NCBI GenBank assembly: GCA_963840855.1
Contig: CAWJBB010000027.1
Coordinates: forward strand, 96,001-160,000
Origin: an uncultured delta proteobacterium
GTDB lineage: Bacteria > Desulfobacterota > Binatia > UBA9968
Direction of reading: 5' to 3'
DNA: 64,000 bases
The notes under the pieces are model-generated. The model saw nothing but the letters and a program-made list of their open reading frames with translations, did no database searches and was not told the origin of the DNA. The position numbers were made by a program, and so were the translations under genes. This document shows, piece after piece, positions 53,658-63,987 of this stretch. Each line of letters starts with the position of its first letter. The first letter of the stretch is position 1.

Positions 53658-55728
53658 ATGTCCAAGTATCGAGTTACGGTAGACACCGGAGGAACGTTCT
53701 CCGATTTCGTTTTTTTTAACGAAGATACCGGCGCAATCACCATCACCAAACTCCCGTCCACGCCTGGGGAACCTTTCCAAGCCGTGTTAAACGGCGTCAA
53801 GGAACTGATCGATCAAGGGGTTTCGGCGGGCGACGTTTCGTTTTTCTGTCACGGCACCACCGTCGGCACTAACGCGTTGCTCGAAGAAAAAGGAGCCAAG
53901 ACGGGCCTCCTCGTCACCCAGGGCTTTCGCGGCATTTACGAAGTCATGGAGCAGACCCGCGGCTACGGTCCGGCGACCTATGATCTTTTCTTCGAAAAGC
54001 CCAGGCTCCTGGCGCCGCCTTATTATACGGAAGAGATTCCCGAGCGGGTCGATTTTCGCGGCAACGCTCTGCAATCGATAGACGTCGAGGCTGTCCCGCG
54101 AGGCGATCCGCCGGCTCAAGAAAAAAGACGTGCAGTCCGTCGCCGTCTGCTTCTTATTTTCATTTTTAAATCCCGATCACGAACTCAAAATCAAAGAGCT
54201 GTTCGCCCAGGAGTTTCCCGAGGCGCGGCTCTCGCTTTCCTGCGAAGTGCTGCCGCAGATTCGCGAGTTCTACCGCATGAGCACGACGGTGATCAACGCT
54301 TACATTCAGCCGGTGATGGCGAGCTACCTGGGCCGCCTCGACAACCGCATGCGCGAGATGGGCGTGACCACGCCGAAGCTTTACATCATGCAGTCCAACG
54401 GCGGCGTCTCGACGTTCAAAGGCTCCGCGGCAAAACCCGTTGCCACGGTGCTCTCCGGGCCGGCGGGCGGCGTCATCGCGTCCATGGGCACGTGCGAGCG
54501 GGTCGGCATCAAAAACATTATTACCTTCGACATGGGCGGCACGAGCTGCGATGTCGCGTTGATCCATCAAGGCAATCCCGTGATCACGACCCAGGGCAAG
54601 ATCAACATGCGCCCCATCGCGCTGCCGATGCTCGATATTCATACCGTCAGCGCCGGCGGCGGCACCATCGCGCGCATCGACGCCGTGGGCGGCTTGCACG
54701 TGGGCCCGGACAGCGCCGGCGCCGCTCCAGGTCCGGTGTCCTATGACCGTGGCGGAGCAGACATCACCGTCACCGACGCCAATATCGTGACCGGTGTCCT
54801 GGACCCGGATCAATTCCTCGGCGGCAGAATGAAACTCAACAAGCCCAAGGCGGAGAAGTTGCTGGAAGAAAAAATCGCCAAGCCCCTGGGCCTGGATTTG
54901 CTGGAAGCGGCCGACGGCGTCTTGAAAATCATCAACGTCAAAATGGAAGAGGCGATCAAGGCGGTCTCATCGGCGCGCGGCTACGACATTCGCGACTTCA
55001 CCTTGGTGGCCTTCGGCGGCGGCGGGCCGATGCACGCGGGACGGATGGCCCTCGATCTCGGTATTCCTTCGGTGCTCGTGCCGCTGACGCCCGGTGTTCA
55101 CTCCGCCCTCGGTTTGCTCATGTCGGACGTCAAGCACGATTACGTCCGCTCCAAGCTTGCCGGCCTCGAAGAACTCGACATAAACGAGATCAACCGCATG
55201 TTTCTCCAGTTGATCGACCAGGCCAGAGCCGAACTCCACGGCGAAGGATTTCACGACGATGAAATCAAGATCGAACCTTACCTCGACCTGCGCTACGCGG
55301 GCCAGGGCTACGAGCTTACGGTGCCCTGTCCCATGCCGCCGCTGACCCACGATGACCTGGTGCTCATGCGCCGGCGGTTTGATACCCTGCACGAGCAGAA
55401 TTCCGGCCACAAAGCCGAAACCGAACCGGTGGAGCTGGTGAGCCTGCGCCTGGTTTCCCTCGGGCTGGTGCCCCAGGCGAAACTCTCCCCCGGCAAGATT
55501 ACCGGGCGCAAAGTCGAAGCAGCGAAGACCGGCGAGCGCAAGGTTTTTTTCGGCAAGGAACACGGCATCCTGGCGACAGCGATCTACGATCGGAAATTGC
55601 TTGAACCGGGCCATAAGATTTTCGGCCCGGCCATCGTTGAACAGATGGACACCACCACGGTGATCCAGCCGGAACAGGAAGCGACAGTGGATGAATACGG
55701 AAACATTATTATTAAGGAGAAGGCATGA
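53658..55728 (+). CDS. Hydantoinase/oxoprolinase A subunit; one-base frameshift near 54092
   Basis: VDTGGTFSD, HGTTVGTNALLE, SGPAGG, DMGGTSCD, SAGGG and FGGGGPMH motifs. Confidence 0.92.
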
Positions 55729-55740
55729 GGCAACAAAGCC

Positions 55741-55857
55741 AGGCACTAGGCAACAGCCATTAGGCAATAGAAAGAAATCCGGTCAGGAAAATACCCGACG
55801 TTCTCACTATTGCATGGCGTCTGTTGCCTTCCGGCTATTGCCTAGTGCCTATTGCCT
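55741..55857. repeat. Intergenic inverted repeat with 7-nt periodic AGGCA(C/A)T arms
   Basis: AGGCACTAGGCAACAG...CTATTGCCTAGTGCCTATTGCCT. A similar style occurs at 57598-57670. Confidence 0.6.
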
Positions 55858-55865
55858 AAATTGCT

Positions 55866-57599
55866 ATGACTATAGATCCCGTAACCCTACAGGTCATTCA
55901 AGCGCGTCTCGCCGGCATCGTCCAGGAGATGCAAAACTCTCTTTTTCGCACCGGCTACTCGACGATTATCCGCGAGTCGCAGGACGCCAGTTGCGCGATT
56001 TTAAATCGCCAGGGCGAAGTCGTCGCGCAGCACGTGGTTTTGCCACTGCACATGGGCGCCTTCCCGGCCTGCGCGGCCGGCGTTTTGAAGAACTATTCGG
56101 CCGCTGAAGTGCATGAAGGCGACGCCTTCATCACCAACCATCCTTACCTCGGCGGCAGCCCCCACGCGCCGGATATGGCGGTGCTGACGCCGATTTTCTA
56201 CCAGAGGGAGTGGGTCGGCTTCGCCGCCAACCTCGCGCACAAGAGCGACATCGGCGGGCCGGTGCCGGGAAGCTGCTGGAGCCAGGCGCGTGAAATCTAC
56301 CAAGAAGGCCTGCACCTGCCGCCGGTAAAATACGTTCACGCCTATCAAACCAGCAGGGATCTCGAAGCCGTCCTGAGCGCCAATAGCCGCACTCCGGAAT
56401 TGGTCGTCGGCGACTTGCGCGGTCAGGTGGGCGCCGCCCGCCTCGGTGAAAAACGCTTTCAAGAAATGATGGAGCGTTACGGCAAGGCAACCATCCTCGA
56501 TTCCTTCGAGCAGCTTTTCGCTCTGACCGAGGCGAAAGTGCGCGCCGAGATCGCGTCCTGGCCGGACGGCGCGGGAGAGGGCGAGCGCTTCGTCGACAGC
56601 GACGGCATCGAGCTTGACAAGCCGGTGCGCATCCATGTGCGCATTGAGAAGCATGGCAACGATCTGCTCTTCGACCTCACCGGCTCAGCCGACCAGACCA
56701 AAGGGCCGGCGAATATTCGCCCGACCATCGTGCGCGCGGCTTGTTGTTATCTGCTCACCTGCCTGGTCGATCCTGCGCTGCCGATCAATTATGGACTGGC
56801 CAAATGCATCGACATCAAAGTGCGCGAGGGCAGCGTGGTCAATCCGCGCTTTCCCGCCCCGGTGAATACCTATAATCCGACGGTGCATGCCCTGGTCGAG
56901 GCCCTGCTCGAAGCTTCGAGCCAAATCACGCCGCACAAGAAAGTCGGCGACGGCTGCAGCAGCCGTTCGATCATCATCGGCGGGCGCAGCAACAAAACCG
57001 GCAAGGGCTACGTGCAATACGAAATCTTCGGCGGCGGCTCCGGCGGGCGCAGCGGCAAAGACGGGGTGTCGGGGACCAATGTAAATCAGTCCAACGCCAA
57101 GATTGCGCCCATCGAAATCATCGAGGCGGAATTCGCCACCCGCGTGCGCCGCTTCGAATTGATTCCGGACTCCGGCGGCCCGGGCAAGTTCCGCGGCGGC
57201 CTGGGCTTCGTCCGCGAATACGAAGTGCTCGACAACGACGCGCGCTTTTCGCTGCGCTCTACCAAGCACAGTGTCGCGCCCAAAGGCATCGACGGGGGCT
57301 CGGACGGCAAACCGGGGCTGTGCACGCTCAATCCGGGCACGGATAAAGCCCGAGTGATACCGTCCCGTTACTCCGACCATGTCATGCATCCGGGCGAAGT
57401 TTTCAGCCTCAACACGCCCGGAGGCGGCGGACTGGGCAGTCCGCTCGAAAGAGAACCGCAGCGGGTGCTCAACGACGTGCGCAATGGTTACGTGACGCAG
57501 CAGAGAGCCCGCGAAGCCTATGGCGTCGCCATCGACGCGGCCGATGGCGATTTCATCTTGAATGATGCGCAGACGCGTCAACTTCGAAAAGGGGCATGA
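55866..57599 (+). CDS. Hydantoinase/oxoprolinase B subunit
   Basis: IDPVTLQV, S.IIRESQD, NHPY.GG.H.PD, HKSDIGG, EGL and TPGGGG motifs. Confidence 0.93.
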   Translation: MTIDPVTLQVIQARLAGIVQEMQNSLFRTGYSTIIRESQDASCAILNRQGEVVAQHVVLPLHMGAFPACAAGVLKNYSAAEVHEGDAFITNHPYLGGSPHAPDMAVLTPIFYQREWVGFAANLAHKSDIGGPVPGSCWSQAREIYQEGLHLPPVKYVHAYQTSRDLEAVLSANSRTPELVVGDLRGQVGAARLGEKRFQEMMERYGKATILDSFEQLFALTEAKVRAEIASWPDGAGEGERFVDSDGIELDKPVRIHVRIEKHGNDLLFDLTGSADQTKGPANIRPTIVRAACCYLLTCLVDPALPINYGLAKCIDIKVREGSVVNPRFPAPVNTYNPTVHALVEALLEASSQITPHKKVGDGCSSRSIIIGGRSNKTGKGYVQYEIFGGGSGGRSGKDGVSGTNVNQSNAKIAPIEIIEAEFATRVRRFELIPDSGGPGKFRGGLGFVREYEVLDNDARFSLRSTKHSVAPKGIDGGSDGKPGLCTLNPGTDKARVIPSRYSDHVMHPGEVFSLNTPGGGGLGSPLEREPQRVLNDVRNGYVTQQRAREAYGVAIDAADGDFILNDAQTRQLRKGA

Positions 57600-57691
57600 G
57601 GCATGAGGCGACAGGCGGTAGGAAATACAATCTTCGCGAGCCCTCGTTGCTTACTCGCGCCTCACGCCTTCCGGCTCTCGCCTATAATGTC

Positions 57692-59461
57692 ATGACGATC
57701 GATCCCATCACCCTGCAAGTCATTCAGGCCCGGCTCGCCGGCATCGTCCAGGAGATGCAGAATTCACTATTTCGCACCGGTTATTCCACGATCATCCGCG
57801 AATCCCAAGACGCCAGTTGCGCGATTCTAAATACCCGCGGCGAAGTGGTCGCCCAGCATGTTGTCCTGCCGCTGCACATGGGCGCCTTCCCCGCCTGCGC
57901 CGCGGCGATTTTGAGTAATTTTTCGCTGCAAGAGATTCACCCGGGCGACGCCTTTATCACCAACCATCCCTACCTCGGCGGTAGCCCCCACGCGCCCGAC
58001 ATGGGCGTGCTGACGCCGATTTATTTCAACGGCGAATGGGTGGGCTTCGCCGCCAATATGGCGCACAAGAGCGATATCGGCGGCACCGTGCCCGGCAGCG
58101 GCTCGGGCAACGCGCGGGAGATCTACGAGGAGGGACTCCATCTGCCGCCGGTGAAATACATGGCTCGGTCCCAGCCGGTCAAAGAAATCGAAGCGCTCAT
58201 CAGCGCCAACAGCCGCACGCCGGCGCTAGTCATCGGCGACCTGCGCGGCCAGGTGGGCGCAGCGCGCCTGGGAGAACGGAGAATCGCCGAGTTGCTGGAC
58301 CGCTACGGCAAGGAAACCGTTCTTCAATCCACCGAGCTTTTGTCGGCATATACGGAAAATCGCGTGCGCCGGACCATCGGCGCGTGGCCCGACGGCGAGT
58401 CCGAAGGCGAAAGTTTCGTCGATCACGACGGCATCGACCTGGCGAAGCCGATTCGGCTTCACGTCAAGGTCCGAAAGAGCGGCGACAAGCTTCATTTCGA
58501 TTTTAGCGGCAGCAGCGATCAAACCGCGGGGCCGGCGAATATCCGGCCGCCGCTGGTGCAGGCGGCGTGCGCCTACTGTTTGGTCTCTCTGGTCGACCGC
58601 TTCCTGCCGGTCAATCAAGGCCTGGCGCGGGTGATCGAAACAACCTTTCGCGCGGGCAGCGTTGTCGATCCGCGTTTTCCCGCGGCGGTGAATACCTACA
58701 TGCCGACGGCGCTGGCCGTTGCCGAAGCGGTACTGCGAGCGCTCGCCCCACTGGTGCCGGAAAAGCGCATCGCCGGCGGCTCAGGCAGCGCGGCGCTCGT
58801 CCTCGGTGGACGCCACCGGCAAAGCAATCGCGCCTATGTCCACTACGAAATCTTTAGCGGCGGCACCGGCGCGCGCTCCGGCAAAGACGGCGTGTCGGCG
58901 ACCGCGTTTCATCTGAGCAACTGCAAGACCGCTCCCATCGAGATCATCGAGTCGGAATTTCCCACCCGGGTGGTGCGCTTCGAGATGATCCCGGACTCCG
59001 GCGGCGCCGGCAAATGGCGCGGCGGTTTGGGGTTTGCGCGCGATTATCGCATTCTCGCCGATGATGTGCGGTTTTCCATGCGCACCGACAAACACCGGGT
59101 GGCGCCCTGGGGCAGCGATGGCGGCGCTGACGGCGGCAAGGGCGCCTGCGTTATCAATCCGCAGAGCCAAGACGAAAAACGGCTGCCGTCGCGCTTCGGC
59201 GACTACCCATTACGCAAGGACGATATCGTGCGCATCGAACGCCCAGGCGGCGGGGGATTGGGTAGTCCCCTCGAGCGTCCGGTCGAAAAAGTTCTCGAAG
59301 ATGTCCGCCAGGGATACGTTTCAGTGGAACGAGCGCCCGCCGACTACGGTGTTTCCGTCGATTTTTGCGGCGGCGAGCTTGTAATCAACCGCGAAAAAAC
59401 TGAGCGTCTTAGAGGGAAAAATCAAAAAAACAGTGGAAAAGGTTCCTCGCCTCTGCTATAA
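57692..59461 (+). CDS. Hydantoinase/oxoprolinase B subunit (tandem paralog)
   Basis: Same motifs as the upstream copy. N-terminus nearly identical. Confidence 0.93.
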   Translation: MTIDPITLQVIQARLAGIVQEMQNSLFRTGYSTIIRESQDASCAILNTRGEVVAQHVVLPLHMGAFPACAAAILSNFSLQEIHPGDAFITNHPYLGGSPHAPDMGVLTPIYFNGEWVGFAANMAHKSDIGGTVPGSGSGNAREIYEEGLHLPPVKYMARSQPVKEIEALISANSRTPALVIGDLRGQVGAARLGERRIAELLDRYGKETVLQSTELLSAYTENRVRRTIGAWPDGESEGESFVDHDGIDLAKPIRLHVKVRKSGDKLHFDFSGSSDQTAGPANIRPPLVQAACAYCLVSLVDRFLPVNQGLARVIETTFRAGSVVDPRFPAAVNTYMPTALAVAEAVLRALAPLVPEKRIAGGSGSAALVLGGRHRQSNRAYVHYEIFSGGTGARSGKDGVSATAFHLSNCKTAPIEIIESEFPTRVVRFEMIPDSGGAGKWRGGLGFARDYRILADDVRFSMRTDKHRVAPWGSDGGADGGKGACVINPQSQDEKRLPSRFGDYPLRKDDIVRIERPGGGGLGSPLERPVEKVLEDVRQGYVSVERAPADYGVSVDFCGGELVINREKTERLRGKNQKNSGKGSSPLL

Positions 59462-59495
59462 ACGTTTACAAATTGTCACCCTATTAGGAGGAAAG

Positions 59496-59771
59496 ATGGC
59501 AGCAGCAAAGAAAAAGAAACGGACACCCAATGCGGCGTTCATGAAGCCGGTGCAGCCCGATGCCGCACTCAGTGCCGTCGTCGGCGCCAAGCCCATTCCG
59601 CGCACGGAGTTGACGAAAAAGCTCTGGGCCTACATCAAGAAGAACGGGCTCCAGGACAAAAAGAAAAAGGTCAACATCAACGCCGACGCGAATCTCAAAG
59701 TGGTGTTTGGCGGCAAGAAGACGGTCACCATGTTTGAGATGACCAAGCTCGTTAGCAAGCACGTCAAGTAG
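59496..59771 (+). CDS. SWIB/MDM2 domain protein
   Basis: FMKPVQP...L.AVVG..P.PRTE.TKKLW.YIKKN.LQD...INAD..L..VFG...MFEM. Confidence 0.9.
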   Translation: MAAAKKKKRTPNAAFMKPVQPDAALSAVVGAKPIPRTELTKKLWAYIKKNGLQDKKKKVNINADANLKVVFGGKKTVTMFEMTKLVSKHVK

Positions 59772-60036
59772 AACCTTCTCTTAAGCATTTTGGCATTCGT
59801 GTGGGCCAAGGCCGGTGCCTGAATCACCTGCCTCGGCCCATGCTTTGGTTTTCAAACCTTCTGAGGCCAGGGTTAAGTCTTGGTCCGATGAGGGCCGATG
59901 TTCGCGTGATTCTGTACAAAGGTCGCGTCGGCGGGTAACCCGTCTACGGACTTTTTGCTGAACTAGAGCGGAGATGGATTTTTCTGCTCAGTTATTAAAT
60001 CCAAGCACAGCGTTCGGTGGTTGGCGGCAAAGTCGC

Positions 60037-60663
60037 TTACGGCTTTGTTACTTTGTGATCGTAGCTGGCCGGCAGCGGCAGGCGTAGAATGGAAATTCCT
60101 TCGGTCTGCTCGACGTAGCGGATAAAGCGGTATTTGTTTTCCAATTCATCCAGAGGCAAGGGCGGCACCTCCGCCCTGCCCGGCTCGATGCGCGCCCAGA
60201 TGAAATGCGGTCCGTCGTTGCTCAACGCGTGCCGCACCGCCTGGACCAAATTTTCCACGGACTCCGCGGCACGCGAGCTTTGGATTCCCGCGGCGCGGGC
60301 CGCATCGGCGAAATTGATATGTCCCGCCCTCGATACCGTCGGCTCGCCGCCGGAAGATTCATACTCGCGGTTGTCCCAGCAAAGGTGGATCAAGTTTTTC
60401 GGTTGGTGCAGCCCGATGGTCGCCAGCGAACCGAAGTTCATCCAGAGCGCGCCGTCGCCGTCGAAGACGAAAACTTTGCGGCGCGGCAGGGCCACCGCCA
60501 GTCCCAACCCAATGGATGAACATAAGCCCAGCGTCTTGACCTGGAGGTTGCCATCGCTGGGGCGCACCGCGCACCATTCGCTAGTGGCGCCGCCGGCGGA
60601 GGTGACGAACAATTCGTCCTTGATGAGGGTTTTGATGGCCTGCAAGCACTCGTATCGTTTCAT
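60037..60663 (-). CDS. comE: TPP-dependent decarboxylase beta subunit (sulfopyruvate/phosphonopyruvate decarboxylase-like)
   Basis: GDGALWM...DN TPP motif. Paired with the alpha subunit gene. Confidence 0.75.
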   Translation of the reverse strand: MKRYECLQAIKTLIKDELFVTSAGGATSEWCAVRPSDGNLQVKTLGLCSSIGLGLAVALPRRKVFVFDGDGALWMNFGSLATIGLHQPKNLIHLCWDNREYESSGGEPTVSRAGHINFADAARAAGIQSSRAAESVENLVQAVRHALSNDGPHFIWARIEPGRAEVPPLPLDELENKYRFIRYVEQTEGISILRLPLPASYDHKVTKP

Positions 60664-60673
60664 GGGCGACCTC

Positions 60674-61168
60674 TTACAAGACCGCGCGCGTGAGCAAGAG
60701 CGCAACCGGCCGTTTTGACGCTTCCGCAGCCGTCAGCGCCTGCGCGATCTGCTCTTTCACTTTGGCGGGGTCGCGCATCACGGTGTATTTGATGCCCAGG
60801 CCGTCGAGAACCGGCTCGGTGACCAGGCCGAGCATATGAAAAGCGTTGTCGCCCATATCGCCGGCGTAGTAGATCAACAGCAGGATCGGGATACCGAACT
60901 GAAGCGCCGTCGTCGTAAGGCCGTTGCAGCTGTTCATCAGGCCGCCGTTCTGCATGAGCATCGCGACCCGTTTGCCGCCGACGTATGCGCCTGTGCACAC
61001 GCCGATCCCTTCTTCCTCGCGCCCGACGGGCAGATGGGTAATATCTTTGTCGGCGTAGAGCGCGTTGAGCAGGTGCAAAAGATTAATGTCCGGGACGCTG
61101 GCGACTAAATCGATCCCGGCTTCCTTAAGCCCCGTCAGTATCTGTTGCGCTCGTTCCGGTGTGGCCAT
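60674..61168 (-). CDS. comD: TPP-dependent decarboxylase alpha subunit
   Basis: SVPD, REEEGIGVCTG and MQNGG motifs. Confidence 0.78.
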   Translation of the reverse strand: MATPERAQQILTGLKEAGIDLVASVPDINLLHLLNALYADKDITHLPVGREEEGIGVCTGAYVGGKRVAMLMQNGGLMNSCNGLTTTALQFGIPILLLIYYAGDMGDNAFHMLGLVTEPVLDGLGIKYTVMRDPAKVKEQIAQALTAAEASKRPVALLLTRAVL

Positions 61169-61321
61169 CTCACAGCTCCATGCGGCGCCACGCTTTCACC
61201 ACGTGGCTTATTGCCTCCTCGACGCTTAGCCCCATGCGGCTCCCGGCGTCAAGTGGCCGAGCCCCTTTTCGTACAATTCGGTTGCCCAAAAATTGCCGGG
61301 TCCTATATCGTCAAAGCGCAT

Positions 61322-61735
61322 TTAACGCGGGTTCTGCGGTCCGCACTTTTCGATGGCCACTTTGATGGCGATACGCCCCTCGCCAAGCGTTTTCTGACGG
61401 ATTTCATCCCAACTCTTCGGCTCGCCGCGAATCTGGCGGTGCCAATCGAGCACGATGTCCATGGCCCCGGGATGGTTGATGACCTCCGCCTTGCCGTCGA
61501 TTTGAATATAGTTCGACCCGTTGAACTTTTCGCCGTAGACGAGCAGCGAGACCTGCGGGTTGCGCCGGATGTTTTTGACTTTGTAGGTCGTATCACGCGC
61601 CGTGATGACAACCTTTCCATCGGCGCCGATGACGGGTGAAACCAACGTCATCTGCAACGAGCCGTCCTTCTTGCGCGCCACCAGCACACCGTGATGGTTA
61701 TTTTTTAAAAACTCCTGCGCCTCGGCAATTTCCAT
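61322..61735 (-). CDS. PPOX-class (F420-dependent-like) split-barrel oxidoreductase
   Basis: L.ARKKDGS.Q, KVKNIRRNPQVSL and Y.QI.G.AE. Confidence 0.8.
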   Translation of the reverse strand: MEIAEAQEFLKNNHHGVLVARKKDGSLQMTLVSPVIGADGKVVITARDTTYKVKNIRRNPQVSLLVYGEKFNGSNYIQIDGKAEVINHPGAMDIVLDWHRQIRGEPKSWDEIRQKTLGEGRIAIKVAIEKCGPQNPR

Positions 61736-61774
61736 GAGACCCCCTTTGAAGTCTGGTGTTGAGCTGCTCCAGTT

Positions 61775-62422
61775 CTAACTGATCACGCGTGACGATTCAA
61801 AACTGCGCCAGTTCAGGAATGACTTTTCTGCGTAGAATATTTCGACGTCCAGAGGGAAAGAGATCCCGCGCTCTTGGAGATAGCGCGCGACGGGCCTCAG
61901 CGGCATTCCGACGGCGGCAAGGTAGTCCCCTTCGATGAATTCGATCAAGCGGCTTCCTTCGCCCTGGATCGAATAAGCGCCAGCCTTGTCCAGGGACTCG
62001 CCGCAAGTCAGATAGCTTTCGACTTCGTTGTCCGAGAAAGCACGCATCTTGACCGTGACCCTTTCGACGATTCCGAGTCCCGGTCCGCCGCAGCCATCGA
62101 CGATGGCGACGCTCGTGTAAATTTGATGGAGTTTCCCAGAAAAGGCTCGAAGCATTCGCCGTGCGTCGTCCACGCTTGCCGGCTTGCCGAACTTTTCGCC
62201 GCCGAGAAAAATCATTGTATCGCTGCCGATTACGATGCTATGGGAATTCTCCGCCGCGACGGACGCTGCCTTCTCGACGGCAAACTCCAGGACTTCTTCC
62301 TCAATGGATCGGTGCCGAAAGACAATTTCTTCGAACCGCGGCGCGATCATTTCGAAGTGCGCCCCCAGGAGCGCCAGTATCTCGCGCCGCCTGGGCGACG
62401 TGGAGGCAAGAATCAGACGCAT
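61775..62422 (-). CDS. maf: Maf family nucleotide pyrophosphatase
   Basis: LILASTSPRR, GSDT, KP and DKAGAYSIQG motifs. Confidence 0.92.
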   Translation of the reverse strand: MRLILASTSPRRREILALLGAHFEMIAPRFEEIVFRHRSIEEEVLEFAVEKAASVAAENSHSIVIGSDTMIFLGGEKFGKPASVDDARRMLRAFSGKLHQIYTSVAIVDGCGGPGLGIVERVTVKMRAFSDNEVESYLTCGESLDKAGAYSIQGEGSRLIEFIEGDYLAAVGMPLRPVARYLQERGISFPLDVEIFYAEKSFLNWRSFESSRVIS

Positions 62423-62433
62423 GGCGGGCCGGC

Positions 62434-63606
62434 TCAACGGTAAAAATTGGTGAATTCCACGCCCCGGTCGCGAGCAGGGATAAACACGCGATGGGATGCT
62501 TCGGGCCGCGGCGATGAGAATCTTGCCAAACCCTCGGCGACCTCGCCGGCGCTGTTGACGCGAATCATCAGCGACCTCAACTCCGCAGCGCCGCGGAAGT
62601 TCTTGCAATACCAGGTCAGATGCTTGCGCATCGCGACGAAGTTCCGGTTCGCCGAGAGTTTTTCATAATACTGGCAGTGCTCGACGATCACGCGAAACCG
62701 CTCCGCTAAACTTACCGGCGCGAGGCCGAGGTCGAACGGGTCGTTGCCGGCGCGCGCGGTTTTAATCCGATGTTTGTTGGCAAAGACCCAAGGGTTGCCC
62801 TGCGCGGCGCGTCCGAGCAGTACCCCGTCGACGCCGGTTTCGCGCACACGCTTGCAAGCGTCGGCCAGATCTTGCACATCGCCGTTGCCGAGAATCAAGG
62901 TCTCCGACCCATTGGCGATCTCGACGGCGCGCGCGATCGCGTCCCAATCGGCGTTGCCTTTATAGCCCTGTTGGAGGGTGCGGCCATGGAGCGAAATGAC
63001 CGATGGCTTTTCTTCCAATAGAATCGGAATCCAGTCCTCGACGACGTTGCGATCGTAACCGAGGCGGGTCTTAACCGACACGGGAATCAGCCGCCTCTCC
63101 GGCCGCGGCGCAAAACCGGTTCTCAGACGATTAGCCGTTTCGACGCTGGCAATTACGCCGGCCTCGATGCCTGCGTCGCTTAGAGTCCGCCCCGCGAACC
63201 AGTCTTGGACGCCGCGCCGCGCGGCGCGAATGATTTGCTGCGCCAATTCCGGCGCGCGGATCAACGCGGCCCCGCAGCCGGACGCCGCGACTTTGCGCGA
63301 AGGGCAGCCCATGTTGATATCCAACCCGTCGAAGCCCAGTTCGCAGACGATATGGGCGACTTTGTAGAATAATTCGGGCGCGCGTCCGTAGATTTGCGCC
63401 ACAACGGGACGTTCAATTTCCGAGTAGGTGAGGTCCTTGATAAGCGTGTGCGGCGAGTAAAATGCTGACTGAATATTGACGAACTCCGTGAATACGACAT
63501 CCGGCCCGCCATGCTTTGCGGTAATAAAGCGAAATGAGCCGTCGGTTACCCCGTCCATCGGCGCGAGACCGATGATAGGTTTGGGAATTGCCCGCCAAAA
63601 ATTCAT
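62434..63606 (-). CDS. tRNA-dihydrouridine synthase
   Basis: LAPMDGVTD, DINMGCP, VSVKTRLG, HGRT and GNGDV motifs. Confidence 0.92.
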   Translation of the reverse strand: MNFWRAIPKPIIGLAPMDGVTDGSFRFITAKHGGPDVVFTEFVNIQSAFYSPHTLIKDLTYSEIERPVVAQIYGRAPELFYKVAHIVCELGFDGLDINMGCPSRKVAASGCGAALIRAPELAQQIIRAARRGVQDWFAGRTLSDAGIEAGVIASVETANRLRTGFAPRPERRLIPVSVKTRLGYDRNVVEDWIPILLEEKPSVISLHGRTLQQGYKGNADWDAIARAVEIANGSETLILGNGDVQDLADACKRVRETGVDGVLLGRAAQGNPWVFANKHRIKTARAGNDPFDLGLAPVSLAERFRVIVEHCQYYEKLSANRNFVAMRKHLTWYCKNFRGAAELRSLMIRVNSAGEVAEGLARFSSPRPEASHRVFIPARDRGVEFTNFYR

Positions 63607-63912
63607 GGTTCCGATCGTTATCCTAACATCGGCATAGCGGGCCGGCAAGCGGGGTAAATGCCAAGTTGGCGAAAACGGGCATCTTTTGTTAGGTGCCCGT
63701 TTTTTTTAGCCTTTTCGTTCGTTCCGTTCCACGGGCATTCGGGACATGTTGGCCATGTTGGCGGGCAAAATTGTTAACAGATTGTGAACAGGAATTCGAC
63801 TTCAAGTAAGGCTTGAAATTCATGTCGCCAACGGCTGTTCGTGGGGCTTTATTGCTACTGGCACAGATATGAATGTCTACCAAATCAAACCGATGGAGAA
63901 ATCAGTTCAGAA

Positions 63913-63987
63913 GGTTAACACTGACGGTCAGCGGCGGGAAGGCGAGCAAGGCGAGCCTCCGGTCCGCTGCACTGCGGGGATTTAGAC
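63913..63987 (-). other. Degenerate attC-like integron cassette recombination site
   Basis: Minus strand reads GTCTAAA...TGCAGCGGAC...CCGCTGAC...GTTAACC, with imperfect dyad symmetry in the attC layout. Both R boxes deviate from consensus. Confidence 0.4.

Noticed and set aside
59772-60036. Possible RNA gene in the SWIB-comE intergenic region
   Set aside because: No tRNA cloverleaf or recognisable ncRNA motif could be identified by eye.
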